Shown here in pieces: positions 55,398 through 64,000 of a DNA stretch of 64,000 nucleotides. Source of the stretch: an uncultured Gemmatimonadaceae bacterium. GTDB taxonomy: Bacteria > Gemmatimonadota > Gemmatimonadetes > Gemmatimonadales > GWC2-71-9. Location: positions 31,243 through 95,242 of the forward strand of contig CAZOES010000002.1 of NCBI GenBank assembly GCA_964578865.1, written 5' to 3'. The notes below the pieces were generated by a model, which did not search any database, had not been told where the DNA came from, and was given only the letters and a program-made list of their open reading frames with translations. Every line of letters begins with the position of its first letter. The first letter of the stretch is position 1. A program made the position numbers and the translations under genes.

Positions 55398-56933
55398 GTG
55401 AGAACTACCATCCGACGCCCAGCATCCCGGCTCTGCCTCGTTGCTCTGATTGTCGCAGCAGTCCCCAGACCGCTCGCTTCCCAGGAACCGATCGACACCG
55501 GCGCCATTCGCCGAATTCGAGAAGAGGCGGCCGATCGATCCCGGGTGATGGAGACGGCGCTGGGCCTCTCCGACTTGGCCCCGCCCCGACTAGCCGGCTC
55601 ACCAGGGTACCTGGTCTCGGCTCGGTGGGCCCGGGACCGGTTACGCTCCTGGAATGTCCCTTTAGCCCGGCTGGAACCGTGGGGCCGGAACACGTCGAGT
55701 TGGGTCCTTGATCGCTTCGCTCTGGAGATGGTCTCCCCCTGGTATCTCCATCTCACCGGGTTCCCTCGAGCCTGGAGTCCCGCCACACCCAAGCCGGTGA
55801 CCGGACCGGTTGTTCTGGCCCAGATCTCATCCGACAGCGACATGGCCCGCTACCAGGGCAAGCTTCGGGGGAAAATTGTATTGAATGGCAGACTGAAGCC
55901 CATCGAACGCTCTCCCGCGCCGCTTCAACGCTTGAGCGAAGCTGAACTGGACAGTCTCTCGACACTCACCGATCCGGGTGAACCAGCCAGCGCCGATGCC
56001 GACATTCAACCGTGGCTTGCCGAGTTGGCCCACGTTCGCAAGCTCGCGGCCTATTTCAAGACCGAAGGTGCGCTGGCAGTGGTCGAGGCCAGCGGAGTGG
56101 AAACGTCCCTGCGGGTTGACGGTTTCTTCGAGTATCCCTCGGCTCTTTGGGCATCGGTCCCCAGTTTCCTGGTCACCCGGGATCACTTCAATAGGTTGGT
56201 GCGGCTGGTCGAGGCCGGTCAGCCCGTGCGCATTACTGCGTCGCTCAGCTCCCGGATGGTTCGGCCCGATTCGGTGGGTTACAACGTGATCGCCGAAATC
56301 CCCGGCACCGACCTGCAAGATCAGGTCGTGCTGATCGGCGGCCATCTGGACAGCTGGATCGCAGGCAGTGGAGCGGGTGATAACGCGGCCGGCTGCGCGG
56401 TGGCAATGGAAGTGTTCCGGATCCTGATGGCCCAGGGATTCAAACCTCGGCGTACTATTCGGCTGGCGCTGTGGGATGCCGAAGAACCGAGTGAGGACTA
56501 CGCCGGTTCCATCGGCTATGTCCGCCGCAACCTGGCCGACCCGAAGACCGGAACGCGTCTCCCCGCCTACGATCGCTTCTCGGCCTATCTCAACCTGGAC
56601 AACGGCAGCGGCCGGATTCGGGGGATCTACCTGCAGGGCAACAAAGGGGCCCGGTCCCTCTTCGAATCCCTGTTGGCTCCCTTCGCCGATCTGGGCGCCA
56701 ACCATGTGACGCTCGCCGCCACCGGGGAAACCGATCACATTTCATTTGTGGCGGTCGGGCTCCCCGGCTTTCAGTTCATCCAGGACCCGCTCGACTACGA
56801 CACTCGCACCCATCACAGTCACCTCGACACCGGCGATTACCTGGTCGAAGATGATCTCAAGCAGTCGGCAGCCGTCATGGCATCGGTGGTGTATCACCTC
56901 GCGATGCGTGACAGCCTGGTTCCCCGCCGGTAA
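55398..56933 (+). CDS. M28 family metallopeptidase (carboxypeptidase Q-like), secreted
   Basis: Probable GTG 55398; GGHLDSW, GAGDN..G, WDAEE, NLDNG, TDH, THH..LD. Confidence 0.88.
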   Translation: MRTTIRRPASRLCLVALIVAAVPRPLASQEPIDTGAIRRIREEAADRSRVMETALGLSDLAPPRLAGSPGYLVSARWARDRLRSWNVPLARLEPWGRNTSSWVLDRFALEMVSPWYLHLTGFPRAWSPATPKPVTGPVVLAQISSDSDMARYQGKLRGKIVLNGRLKPIERSPAPLQRLSEAELDSLSTLTDPGEPASADADIQPWLAELAHVRKLAAYFKTEGALAVVEASGVETSLRVDGFFEYPSALWASVPSFLVTRDHFNRLVRLVEAGQPVRITASLSSRMVRPDSVGYNVIAEIPGTDLQDQVVLIGGHLDSWIAGSGAGDNAAGCAVAMEVFRILMAQGFKPRRTIRLALWDAEEPSEDYAGSIGYVRRNLADPKTGTRLPAYDRFSAYLNLDNGSGRIRGIYLQGNKGARSLFESLLAPFADLGANHVTLAATGETDHISFVAVGLPGFQFIQDPLDYDTRTHHSHLDTGDYLVEDDLKQSAAVMASVVYHLAMRDSLVPRR

Positions 56934-57995
56934 ATGACCTGGGGCCGACGCTTTCTCCCCGATGTCGGCGATGTGCATCCCGAGCTGCTGACAGACCGGG
57001 GTGAACACTCGCTGGCACCCGAGGCGGTCGAGCAGCTTCTCGCACTGGCCCAGTCACGGCTCCGCTCGATCTTTCGGACCGTTGAACCGGTCACCGTCGT
57101 GCCCACCCCGGCCGGAATGCTGCGGGAAATCGGGCTCCGGGCCACTATCGAACATCGAGTGCTGGTGCTGGTCACCGGGGCCGAGAGTGCCGCCCTGGCT
57201 GATACTGCCGAATTGCTGGGTGCCGAAGTCGTGAGGCTGATGGTGCACCCCGGGCAAGCAGTCGAACCGGATCAGCTGCAGCACTTTATCGCCAGTCCTC
57301 CAGTCGATAGCGTGGCGCTGGTTCATTCGGAGCCGAGCACTGGAGTGCTGGCCCCGCTGGAACAGCTGGCTCAGGTCGTCCGGGCTCGCAAAGAACTGGT
57401 GCTCTTTGTCGATGCCACCAGTTCGCTGAGTGCTGCACCACTGGAGACCGATCAGTGGGGCCTCGACTTTGTGCTTGGCTCGACCAACGGCCCGCTCGGG
57501 CTTCCTCCCGGGCTCTCCTTTGGAGCAGCCTCTTCCCGCTTGCTGGCCCGGACTCGGGGGCTATCGGGGCGAGGGGTCCTGCTGGACTACCTGACTCACT
57601 ACAACGCCAGCGTCACCGGCACTCTGCTGACTCCCATCGATCCCGGCCTCACTCTGGCTTTGGATCGGCAGCTGGAACGGATCGAACGCGAAGGCCTGGA
57701 AGCCCGCTGGTCCCGCCATCGCCGGCTGAGTGAAGTGGTCCATCGCTGGGCCGAAGGGCGCACCGATCTCGGGTTACTGGCCGCTTCCGGCCGACGTTCA
57801 CCCACCGTAACCGCCATTCGGCTCAAACCACCTCATTCGGCTCTCGACGTCGCGGCCAAACTGCTCAGATTAGGCTGGGAGATCGGTGCGGCCGACGATG
57901 ATCAGGGCGGGGTGCTCAGTATCGGCCACATGGGTGACGTGACCCTGGAGCAGATGACTGAGCTGCTCGACGGGTTGGAGAAGGCCCTCCGGTAG
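56934..57995 (+). CDS. Class V aminotransferase (AGT/SgaA-like) homolog lacking the PLP lysine; probable pseudoenzyme
   Basis: VHSEPSTGVL, VDATSSL..PLETDQWGLD.V.GSTNGPL.LPPGL (family consensus GSQK...PPGL), RSPTVTA, IGHMG. Confidence 0.8.
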   Translation: MTWGRRFLPDVGDVHPELLTDRGEHSLAPEAVEQLLALAQSRLRSIFRTVEPVTVVPTPAGMLREIGLRATIEHRVLVLVTGAESAALADTAELLGAEVVRLMVHPGQAVEPDQLQHFIASPPVDSVALVHSEPSTGVLAPLEQLAQVVRARKELVLFVDATSSLSAAPLETDQWGLDFVLGSTNGPLGLPPGLSFGAASSRLLARTRGLSGRGVLLDYLTHYNASVTGTLLTPIDPGLTLALDRQLERIEREGLEARWSRHRRLSEVVHRWAEGRTDLGLLAASGRRSPTVTAIRLKPPHSALDVAAKLLRLGWEIGAADDDQGGVLSIGHMGDVTLEQMTELLDGLEKALR

Positions 57996-58014
57996 AAGAA
58001 TTCAGGAGCTAGCG

Positions 58015-59232
58015 ATGGGTGTCTCTGCTGCCGCGGTTCCCGGTGATCCGATTGCCTCGAACCGGGCTCGCTTTCGTCTGGAAAGCGTCGATGTACTCCG
58101 CGGCATCGTCATGATCATCATGGCACTGGACCATGTGCGCGACTTCTTCGGCAACTACGCCCAGAGCCCTACCGATCTGGCAACCACCACGCCGGCGCTC
58201 TTCTTCACCCGCTGGATCACCCACTTCTGCGCTCCAACCTTCTTCCTCCTCACCGGAGTCGGCTCCCGCATTTCGCTGCGGAACAAGTCGGCCGCTGAGC
58301 TTTCCCGGTTCCTGGTGACTCGAGGGTTCTGGCTGGTTTTTCTCGATGCCGTGGTGGTCCGTTGTCTGGGTATGCAGTTCAATTTCGACTACCGGGTCAC
58401 CGTCCTGAATGTTCTCTGGGCCCTCGGCTGGTCGATGGTCGGTCTCTCGATTCTGGTGCGCTTCTCGCCCAAGGTCCCGTTGATCGTGGGCGTTGTGCTT
58501 ATTCTGGGGCATAACGCGCTCGACGGGATTCAAGCCCAAAGCTTCGGGGTCCTGGCCCCACTGTGGAGTTTTCTGCACGCACCCGGGTTCCTGTTCCCCG
58601 GCCCCGATCACATGGTGCTGCTGGCCTACCCGATAATCCCCTGGGTTGGAGTCACGGCGCTGGGCTATGCGATGGGTGAAGTGTTCAGCTGGGAACCGGA
58701 GGCGCGGCGCCGCCACCTGTTAAGGGCGGGGGGTGCGCTGATCGTGGCGTTCCTGCTGCTGCGGGGGCTCAATATCTACGGCGACCCCAGCCCCTGGTCG
58801 AGCCAGGCGACGCCGCTGATGACCCTGATCTCCTTTCTCAATACCACCAAGTATCCGCCTTCGCTGTCATTCCTGTTGATGACGCTGGGCCCTTCGCTCT
58901 GGGTCTTGGCGCTGCTCGAGCGGCGTACTCCCCGGCTGCTCCAGCCCGCCCTGACATTCGGCCGGGTGCCGTTGTTTTACTTCGTGGTGCACTTGACGCT
59001 GATTCACGGGTTGGCCGTAGTGGCCTGCTATTTCCGGTATGGCGAAATCCACTACATGTTCGAGTCGCCCAGTCTGGACAAGTTCCCTTTCACCCAGCCG
59101 CCCAACTGGCCCTACTCGTTAGCAATGGTCTATGTGTGGTGGGTAGGGATCGTGGCGCTACTGTATCCGCTGAGTCGCTGGTTCGCAGGGGTTAAAGCGC
59201 GGCGGCGGGACTGGTGGCTGAGCTATCTGTAG
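58015..59232 (+). CDS. DUF1624 / HGSNAT-like multi-pass membrane acyltransferase
   Basis: RLESVDVLRGIVMIIMALDHVRD, RWITHFCAP.F, RG.WL, KYPPSL.FLLMTLG, GRVPLF.YVVH. Confidence 0.85.
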   Translation: MGVSAAAVPGDPIASNRARFRLESVDVLRGIVMIIMALDHVRDFFGNYAQSPTDLATTTPALFFTRWITHFCAPTFFLLTGVGSRISLRNKSAAELSRFLVTRGFWLVFLDAVVVRCLGMQFNFDYRVTVLNVLWALGWSMVGLSILVRFSPKVPLIVGVVLILGHNALDGIQAQSFGVLAPLWSFLHAPGFLFPGPDHMVLLAYPIIPWVGVTALGYAMGEVFSWEPEARRRHLLRAGGALIVAFLLLRGLNIYGDPSPWSSQATPLMTLISFLNTTKYPPSLSFLLMTLGPSLWVLALLERRTPRLLQPALTFGRVPLFYFVVHLTLIHGLAVVACYFRYGEIHYMFESPSLDKFPFTQPPNWPYSLAMVYVWWVGIVALLYPLSRWFAGVKARRRDWWLSYL

Positions 59233-59336
59233 GTAGAAACAGGATTATAGGATGCGGGTGATCAATACTTGAGTGATTGTGATTTCAATGCAGTCCGTTT
59301 CGATCCTTGAAATCCTCTAATCCTGTTCACTACCTA
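59230..59336. repeat. Degenerate AT-rich inverted-arm element (AGGATT / AATCCT), same family as 45864
   Basis: TAGGTAG-AAACAGGATTATAGGAT ... GATCCTTGAAATCCTCTAATCCTGTTCA-CTACCTA; between convergent genes. Confidence 0.7.
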
Positions 59337-59340
59337 AACA

Positions 59341-60633
59341 TTATTGCACCTTGAATCGTCCCACCTTACTGAACAGTCCCTGCGCCGTCTCTGACAACGA
59401 ATGCGCCGAGCCGGCCACCTGCTCGGTAGATGCCGAGAGCTCCTGAGCGCTCGCCGCAATCTGCTGAGCCGCCGCGGCAACGTCTTCCGTCCCACTCGAC
59501 ACTTCCGCCATTCGAGTGGCAATCCCCTCGATCAGGCTTCGCACTTCGCCTGAGCTCTGCGAAATCTGCCGGCCCCACTCGTCAGTCTGGTGGGCTTCCT
59601 CGGCCACCCGGGCCAGACCTTCAGCCGCCTTGTGGGCCGTGGCCCGTGCGGCCTGACCGCCCTGGGCCAGGCGCAACAGCCGGTCTTTCGCGGTGGCCAC
59701 CCGCTCCTGCACCAGCTGCACCGTCTCGCTGGTAAGGGTCGCGGCCTGGGCTGCCTGTCCCGCCAGCTTGCGGACCTCTTCCGCCACCACCGCGAAGCCC
59801 TTGCCCTCTTCGCCGGCGCGGGCAGCCTCGATACCGGCGTTGAGCGCCAGCATGTGAGTCTGACGGGCGATCGCCTTGGTCTGGGTAACGAACTTCTCAA
59901 TTTGCTCAGAGGCCGCAGCCAGCGCGGCTGCCTCTTCGGCGCCCTTCTCGATTTCCTCGGCCAGGCGCTGCAGCTCACTGGAGCTGGCGTCGAGCTCGTC
60001 CCGATGAGCCCGGGCCAGCCGGGCCAGCGCGGCGTTGCGGTCGGCCGCTTCACCCGCGCTTACCGCCAGGGTCTGGGCGATCTGGAGAATCCGGTCGCCG
60101 TCCTGAGCCGCGGCCCGGACCACGGCGGCCTGCTTGGTCGCCCGATCGGTCAGGTCGTTGCAGGTCCCCGAGACTTCCTCGGTCGAGGCGCTCATCTGCT
60201 GGGTCGAACTGGAAATCTCCTGCGCCATCGCCGCCGCCTCCTGGGCGCTGCCTCGAATGGCACCCACCAGATTGCGCAGCTGGCTCACCATCAACCCCAC
60301 CGCCTGGGTGAGACTGTTGGCTTCTCCCCGCCCTGCGGATGAGAGTGAGACGGTGAGATCGCCCTCGGCCACCCGAGTGGCGACTACGATGGTGTTGCCC
60401 AGAGGGCGCAGCAGATTCCGGCGCAGCCAGCTGACCGTGAAGATGATGACCAGCGCAGCGAGGATCAGGTAGGCGCCGAGGGCCCCGGCGGCCACCGGCC
60501 AGAAGCGCCCAGGAGGAAATTCGCCCGCCCCGAAGGCCCAGAAGACACCCACCTCGAGCAGGCCGAGGCCGAGCATCAGGAGTGCCGACACGATGTAGAT
60601 GCTGCGGGTGAACCGCCGTCGTTGGTCGGACAT
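59341..60633 (-). CDS. Methyl-accepting chemotaxis protein (2 TM, HAMP, signalling domain) without a ligand-binding domain
   Basis: Two TM helices about 10 aa apart; [12 protein letters not shown]; [37 protein letters not shown]. Confidence 0.92.
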   Translation of the reverse strand: MSDQRRRFTRSIYIVSALLMLGLGLLEVGVFWAFGAGEFPPGRFWPVAAGALGAYLILAALVIIFTVSWLRRNLLRPLGNTIVVATRVAEGDLTVSLSSAGRGEANSLTQAVGLMVSQLRNLVGAIRGSAQEAAAMAQEISSSTQQMSASTEEVSGTCNDLTDRATKQAAVVRAAAQDGDRILQIAQTLAVSAGEAADRNAALARLARAHRDELDASSSELQRLAEEIEKGAEEAAALAAASEQIEKFVTQTKAIARQTHMLALNAGIEAARAGEEGKGFAVVAEEVRKLAGQAAQAATLTSETVQLVQERVATAKDRLLRLAQGGQAARATAHKAAEGLARVAEEAHQTDEWGRQISQSSGEVRSLIEGIATRMAEVSSGTEDVAAAAQQIAASAQELSASTEQVAGSAHSLSETAQGLFSKVGRFKVQ

Positions 60634-60704
60634 CTAGGAGTTTCGGTAAGTGGGGGTGAGGGTGGAACTTAGGCCCTCAGGCCGGGTTCCGGCAAGCAGA
60701 CGGA

Positions 60705-60796
60705 CGTTCCTCGTTCCTCGTTCCTCGTTTCGGCGCTGAGCTAGGCCTTGACGGCGGTGCGCACCCCAAGGAACCAGGAACGAGGAACCAGGAACC
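60705..60796. repeat. Tandem-heptamer inverted-arm element with reversed polarity (GTTCCTC x3 / SAGGAAC x4)
   Basis: GTTCCTC GTTCCTC GTTCCTC ... AAGGAAC CAGGAAC GAGGAAC CAGGAAC; in the divergent MCP/leuS gap. Confidence 0.8.
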
Positions 60797-60826
60797 TCCA
60801 TCCTGTTCTGGGACTCCGAGTAAGCC

Positions 60827-60841
60827 TAAATTCCCGCCCCT
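60827..60841 (+). promoter_or_regulatory. Putative -10 element of a near-leaderless leuS transcript
   Basis: TAAATT-CCCGCCCCT-ATG; no Shine-Dalgarno. Confidence 0.4.
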
Positions 60842-63298
60842 ATGACCGATACGACGACCGACCCGTACCGCCCCGATGTGGTCGAGGAGAAGTGGCGCGC
60901 CAGATGGGCCGAGCGCGGCACCAATAACCCCGATCTCGACAACGCCAAGCGCCCATTCTACAACCTGATGATGTTCCCCTACCCATCGGCCGAAGGGCTG
61001 CACGTGGGGAACATGTTCGCTTTCACCGGCGCCGATGTGTACGGCCGCTTCAAGCGGCTGATGGGATACGATGTCTTCGAGCCGATGGGCTACGATGCCT
61101 TCGGAATTCACAGCGAGAACTACGCCCTCAAGGTCGGGATCAATCCGGCCGAGTTGATTCCCCGCAACATCGCCAACTTCCGGCGCCAGCTGGAGCGGAT
61201 CGGCGGGATGTTCGACTGGCGGCATTCGCTCTCCACTACTGATCCGAGCTACTACAAGTGGACCCAGTGGGTCTTTCTCCAGCTGTTCAAGGCGGGCAAG
61301 GCGTACAAGAAGAAGGCGGCGGTCAACTGGTGCCCCAACGACAAGACCGTTCTGGCTAACGAGCAGGTCGAGAACGGCCGCTGTGAGCGGTGCGGCGCCC
61401 TGGTAGAGCAGCGATTCCTCGAGCAGTGGTTCTTCCGGATCACCGAGTACGCCGATCGGCTGCTCAAGAATCTGGAGAACATCGACTGGTCGGAGACCAC
61501 CCGTACGGCCCAGCGGAACTGGCTGGGCCGGAGCGAAGGCGCCGAAATCGAGTTCGGGATTACCGGCGTCGGCTCGGCCCCCAGGCCCGGCAAGGGTCCC
61601 CGGATCAGGGTCTTCACCACTCGGCCGGACACTCTGTTCGGGGCCACGTTTATGGTGCTGGCCCCTGAACATCCGCTGGTCGACCGCCTGACCACTCCTC
61701 AGCAGCGAGCCGAAGTGGACGACTACGTCCGGGCCGCGGCGGCCCAGGATCTGGTGTCCCGCAAGATCGGCGAGCGGGAGAAGACCGGCGCGTTCACCGG
61801 TGCGTTCGCGGTGAATCCGGCCACCGGCGACCCGATCCCGATCTGGATCGCCGATTACGTGCTGATGGAGTACGGCACCGGTGCCATCATGGCGGTGCCG
61901 GCCCATGATGAGCGCGACTTCGAGTTCGCCACCAAATACAAGCAGCAGGTGGTGACCGTTCTGGCCGAACCTGGGAAGCCGGTACCCAAGCGGCCCACCG
62001 AGGCGGTGACCGAGACCCAGGGCTTTGTGCTGGTGAACTCGGGGCAGTTCGACGGGACCGATCCGGAGAAGGCCAAGAAGGCGATCACCGAGTGGCTGTC
62101 CCAAGAGGGGATGGGCAAATCGGTAGTCCAGTACCGGCTGCACGACTGGTGCATCTCCCGGCAGCGCTACTGGGGTCCGCCGATTCCCATGATCTACTGC
62201 GACAGCTGCGGGCCGGTGCCGGTGCCGGAGAAGGATCTGCCGGTGACGTTGCCCTTGATCGAAGACTTCCGGCCGGACGATTCGGGGATTTCTCCCCTGG
62301 CTCGTCACGAGGAGTGGTACTACGTCCCCTGTCCGCAGTGTGGCAAGCGGGGGCGGAGGGAGACCGATGTCTCCGACACCTTCCTGGATTCGGGCTGGTA
62401 CCATCTCCGCTATCCCAGCACCGAGTTCGAGGATCGGCCTTTTGATAAGGCACGGACCAAGAAGTGGTTGCCGGTCACCAGCTATATCGGCGGCAACGAG
62501 CACGCGGTGTTACACCTGCTGTACGCCCGTTTCCTGTCGATGGTGCTGCACGATCTGGGGCATCTCGAGTTTGAGGAGCCCTATACCCGATTCCGGGCCC
62601 ACGGCCTGATCGTGAAGGACGGCTCCAAGATGTCCAAATCCCGCGGCAACGTGGTGATTCCCGACGAGTACATCGCCCGGTGGGGAGCGGACACTTTCAG
62701 GCTCTATCTGATGTTCCTGGGTCCGTTCCAGGAGGGCGGCGACTTCCGCGATGCCGGCATCAGCGGGCCTCGTCGATTCCTCGATCGAGTCTGGGCCCTG
62801 GTCGGCGAATCGGAACCGGATGGCGAACTGACCAAGGAGATCGTGGTCCGCTGGCACGCCACCAAGAAGAAGGTGGCCGAGGATCTCGACAACCTGCACT
62901 ACACCACCGCCATCGCGGCGCTGATGGAGCTGGTCAACCACATGAAGGAGTGCGGTTGCAAGGACCGCGCGATGGTCACGGATCTGGTCGTCATGCTGGC
63001 TCCCATTGCACCACACTTTGCGGAGGAGTGCTGGGAGCGGCTGGGCGGGAAGGGCAGTGTGTTCGATGCCGGCTGGCCCCAGTGGGACGAGAAGCTGGTG
63101 GTCTCGGACGAGATCGAGATCCCGGTTCAGGTCAGTGGGAAGACTCGCTCGAAGGTCAAGATCGCTCGGGGATCCACCGAGGGCACCGTCTTCGCGGCGG
63201 CAATGGCCGATCCTGCCGTCTCAAAGTTCGCCGATGGGAAAGAGATCAAGAAGGTGGTCTACGTGCCCGACCGGCTGATCAACATCGTGGTTGGGTAA
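60842..63298 (+). CDS. leuS: Leucine--tRNA ligase
   Basis: MFPYPSAEGLHVGN (HIGH), GYDAFG, CP1 editing region FTTRPDTLFG and GTGAIMAVPAHDERD, KMSKS, C-terminal K.IKKVVYVP.RLINIV. Confidence 0.98.
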   Translation: MTDTTTDPYRPDVVEEKWRARWAERGTNNPDLDNAKRPFYNLMMFPYPSAEGLHVGNMFAFTGADVYGRFKRLMGYDVFEPMGYDAFGIHSENYALKVGINPAELIPRNIANFRRQLERIGGMFDWRHSLSTTDPSYYKWTQWVFLQLFKAGKAYKKKAAVNWCPNDKTVLANEQVENGRCERCGALVEQRFLEQWFFRITEYADRLLKNLENIDWSETTRTAQRNWLGRSEGAEIEFGITGVGSAPRPGKGPRIRVFTTRPDTLFGATFMVLAPEHPLVDRLTTPQQRAEVDDYVRAAAAQDLVSRKIGEREKTGAFTGAFAVNPATGDPIPIWIADYVLMEYGTGAIMAVPAHDERDFEFATKYKQQVVTVLAEPGKPVPKRPTEAVTETQGFVLVNSGQFDGTDPEKAKKAITEWLSQEGMGKSVVQYRLHDWCISRQRYWGPPIPMIYCDSCGPVPVPEKDLPVTLPLIEDFRPDDSGISPLARHEEWYYVPCPQCGKRGRRETDVSDTFLDSGWYHLRYPSTEFEDRPFDKARTKKWLPVTSYIGGNEHAVLHLLYARFLSMVLHDLGHLEFEEPYTRFRAHGLIVKDGSKMSKSRGNVVIPDEYIARWGADTFRLYLMFLGPFQEGGDFRDAGISGPRRFLDRVWALVGESEPDGELTKEIVVRWHATKKKVAEDLDNLHYTTAIAALMELVNHMKECGCKDRAMVTDLVVMLAPIAPHFAEECWERLGGKGSVFDAGWPQWDEKLVVSDEIEIPVQVSGKTRSKVKIARGSTEGTVFAAAMADPAVSKFADGKEIKKVVYVPDRLINIVVG

Positions 63299-64000
63299 GT
63301 GACTTCGAGTCGGCTGGCGGTCGGAGTTCTACTCGGCGCGGCAACCTTTGCGCGAGTTTCCCCGGCTCAGACCGCCAGCCCGAAGTACGCAACCGCGATC
63401 GACCAGTCGCGGGCTCAGATTCTCGATACGATGGAGAAGTTGAAGGTCCCCGGGGTCCAGATCGCCGTCGTCAAAGACGGTGAGCTGGTCTGGAGCGAGG
63501 GCTTCGGGCTGGCCGATATCGAGAACCAGGTCCCGGTCACCCCGCTCACCCGCTTCCGCATCGCCAGCGTTTCCAAGCCGGTGACCTCCATTGCACTCGG
63601 CTTGCTGCTGCAGGAAGGCAAGGTCGATCTCGATCAGCCGATTCAGCGCTACGTCCCTTATTTCCCGGTGAAGCGCTGGCCCATCACGGTGCGACAGGTC
63701 GCCGGACACATCGCCGGCATCCGGCACTACCGGGGCGACGAGTTCGGCAGCATGAAAGCCTATCCCACCGTTCGAGAAGGCCTCTCGATTTTTGCCGACG
63801 ACAGTCTGCTCTTCGAGCCGGGTACTCAATTCGAGTACTCCAGTTACGGCTGGAATCTGGTCAGCGCGGTGATCGAAGGCGCCGGCGGCGAGCCCTTCCT
63901 CGAGTTCATGAAGCGCCGGGTGTTCGGGCCGATGGGGATGACCCGAACCATCCCGGAGTATCCCGACAGCATTGTCCCTTGGCGGGCGCGCGCCTACGTC
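63299..64000 (+). CDS. Serine hydrolase (class C beta-lactamase-like), 3'-truncated by the window edge
   Basis: Not in the ORF track because it has no stop. GTG 63299; signal peptide; KVPG.QIAV, FRIASVSK (SxxK), LLFEPG..FEYSSYG. Confidence 0.85.
   Translation, partial: MTSSRLAVGVLLGAATFARVSPAQTASPKYATAIDQSRAQILDTMEKLKVPGVQIAVVKDGELVWSEGFGLADIENQVPVTPLTRFRIASVSKPVTSIALGLLLQEGKVDLDQPIQRYVPYFPVKRWPITVRQVAGHIAGIRHYRGDEFGSMKAYPTVREGLSIFADDSLLFEPGTQFEYSSYGWNLVSAVIEGAGGEPFLEFMKRRVFGPMGMTRTIPEYPDSIVPWRARAYV

Noticed and set aside
60677-62503. 608-aa ORF antisense to leuS
   Set aside because: Same shadow effect opposite a highly biased housekeeping gene.
63299-64000. True beta-lactamase resistance gene
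   Set aside because: SxxK with YSS fits the broad serine-hydrolase family; the gene is truncated and substrate cannot be inferred.

Overview
64 kb of a high-GC bacterial chromosome (roughly two-thirds G+C by eye, not computed), gene-dense, about 47 CDS. No rRNA, tRNA, CRISPR array or intact mobile element was found. The many secreted six-bladed beta-propellers, Hanks kinases, secreted HEAT proteins and a barrel-only Omp85 suggest a Gemmatimonadota-like organism (inference). Housekeeping anchors are gyrA and leuS. Main points of interest: (1) an accessory module at 16.8-28.0 kb with a divergent AraC-like regulator facing a propeller, a secreted Cys/Gly-rich peptide-like precursor, a second propeller, then an adaptor and two RND permeases, one of which has lost its proton-relay residues; (2) at least 13 intergenic elements with a common architecture (tandem 7-9-nt units, most followed by a spacer and inverted tandem units, three as single arms) but different unit sequences, mostly at gene junctions; (3) an ECF sigma/anti-sigma operon with two exported HEAT-repeat proteins and a candidate autoregulatory promoter; (4) a class V aminotransferase homolog lacking the PLP lysine; (5) a RAYT transposase remnant, three GTCATCC-type palindromic repeats, and a candidate rod-shaped ncRNA at about 4.1-4.25 kb. 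All calls rest on motif reading by eye; no database search was run.
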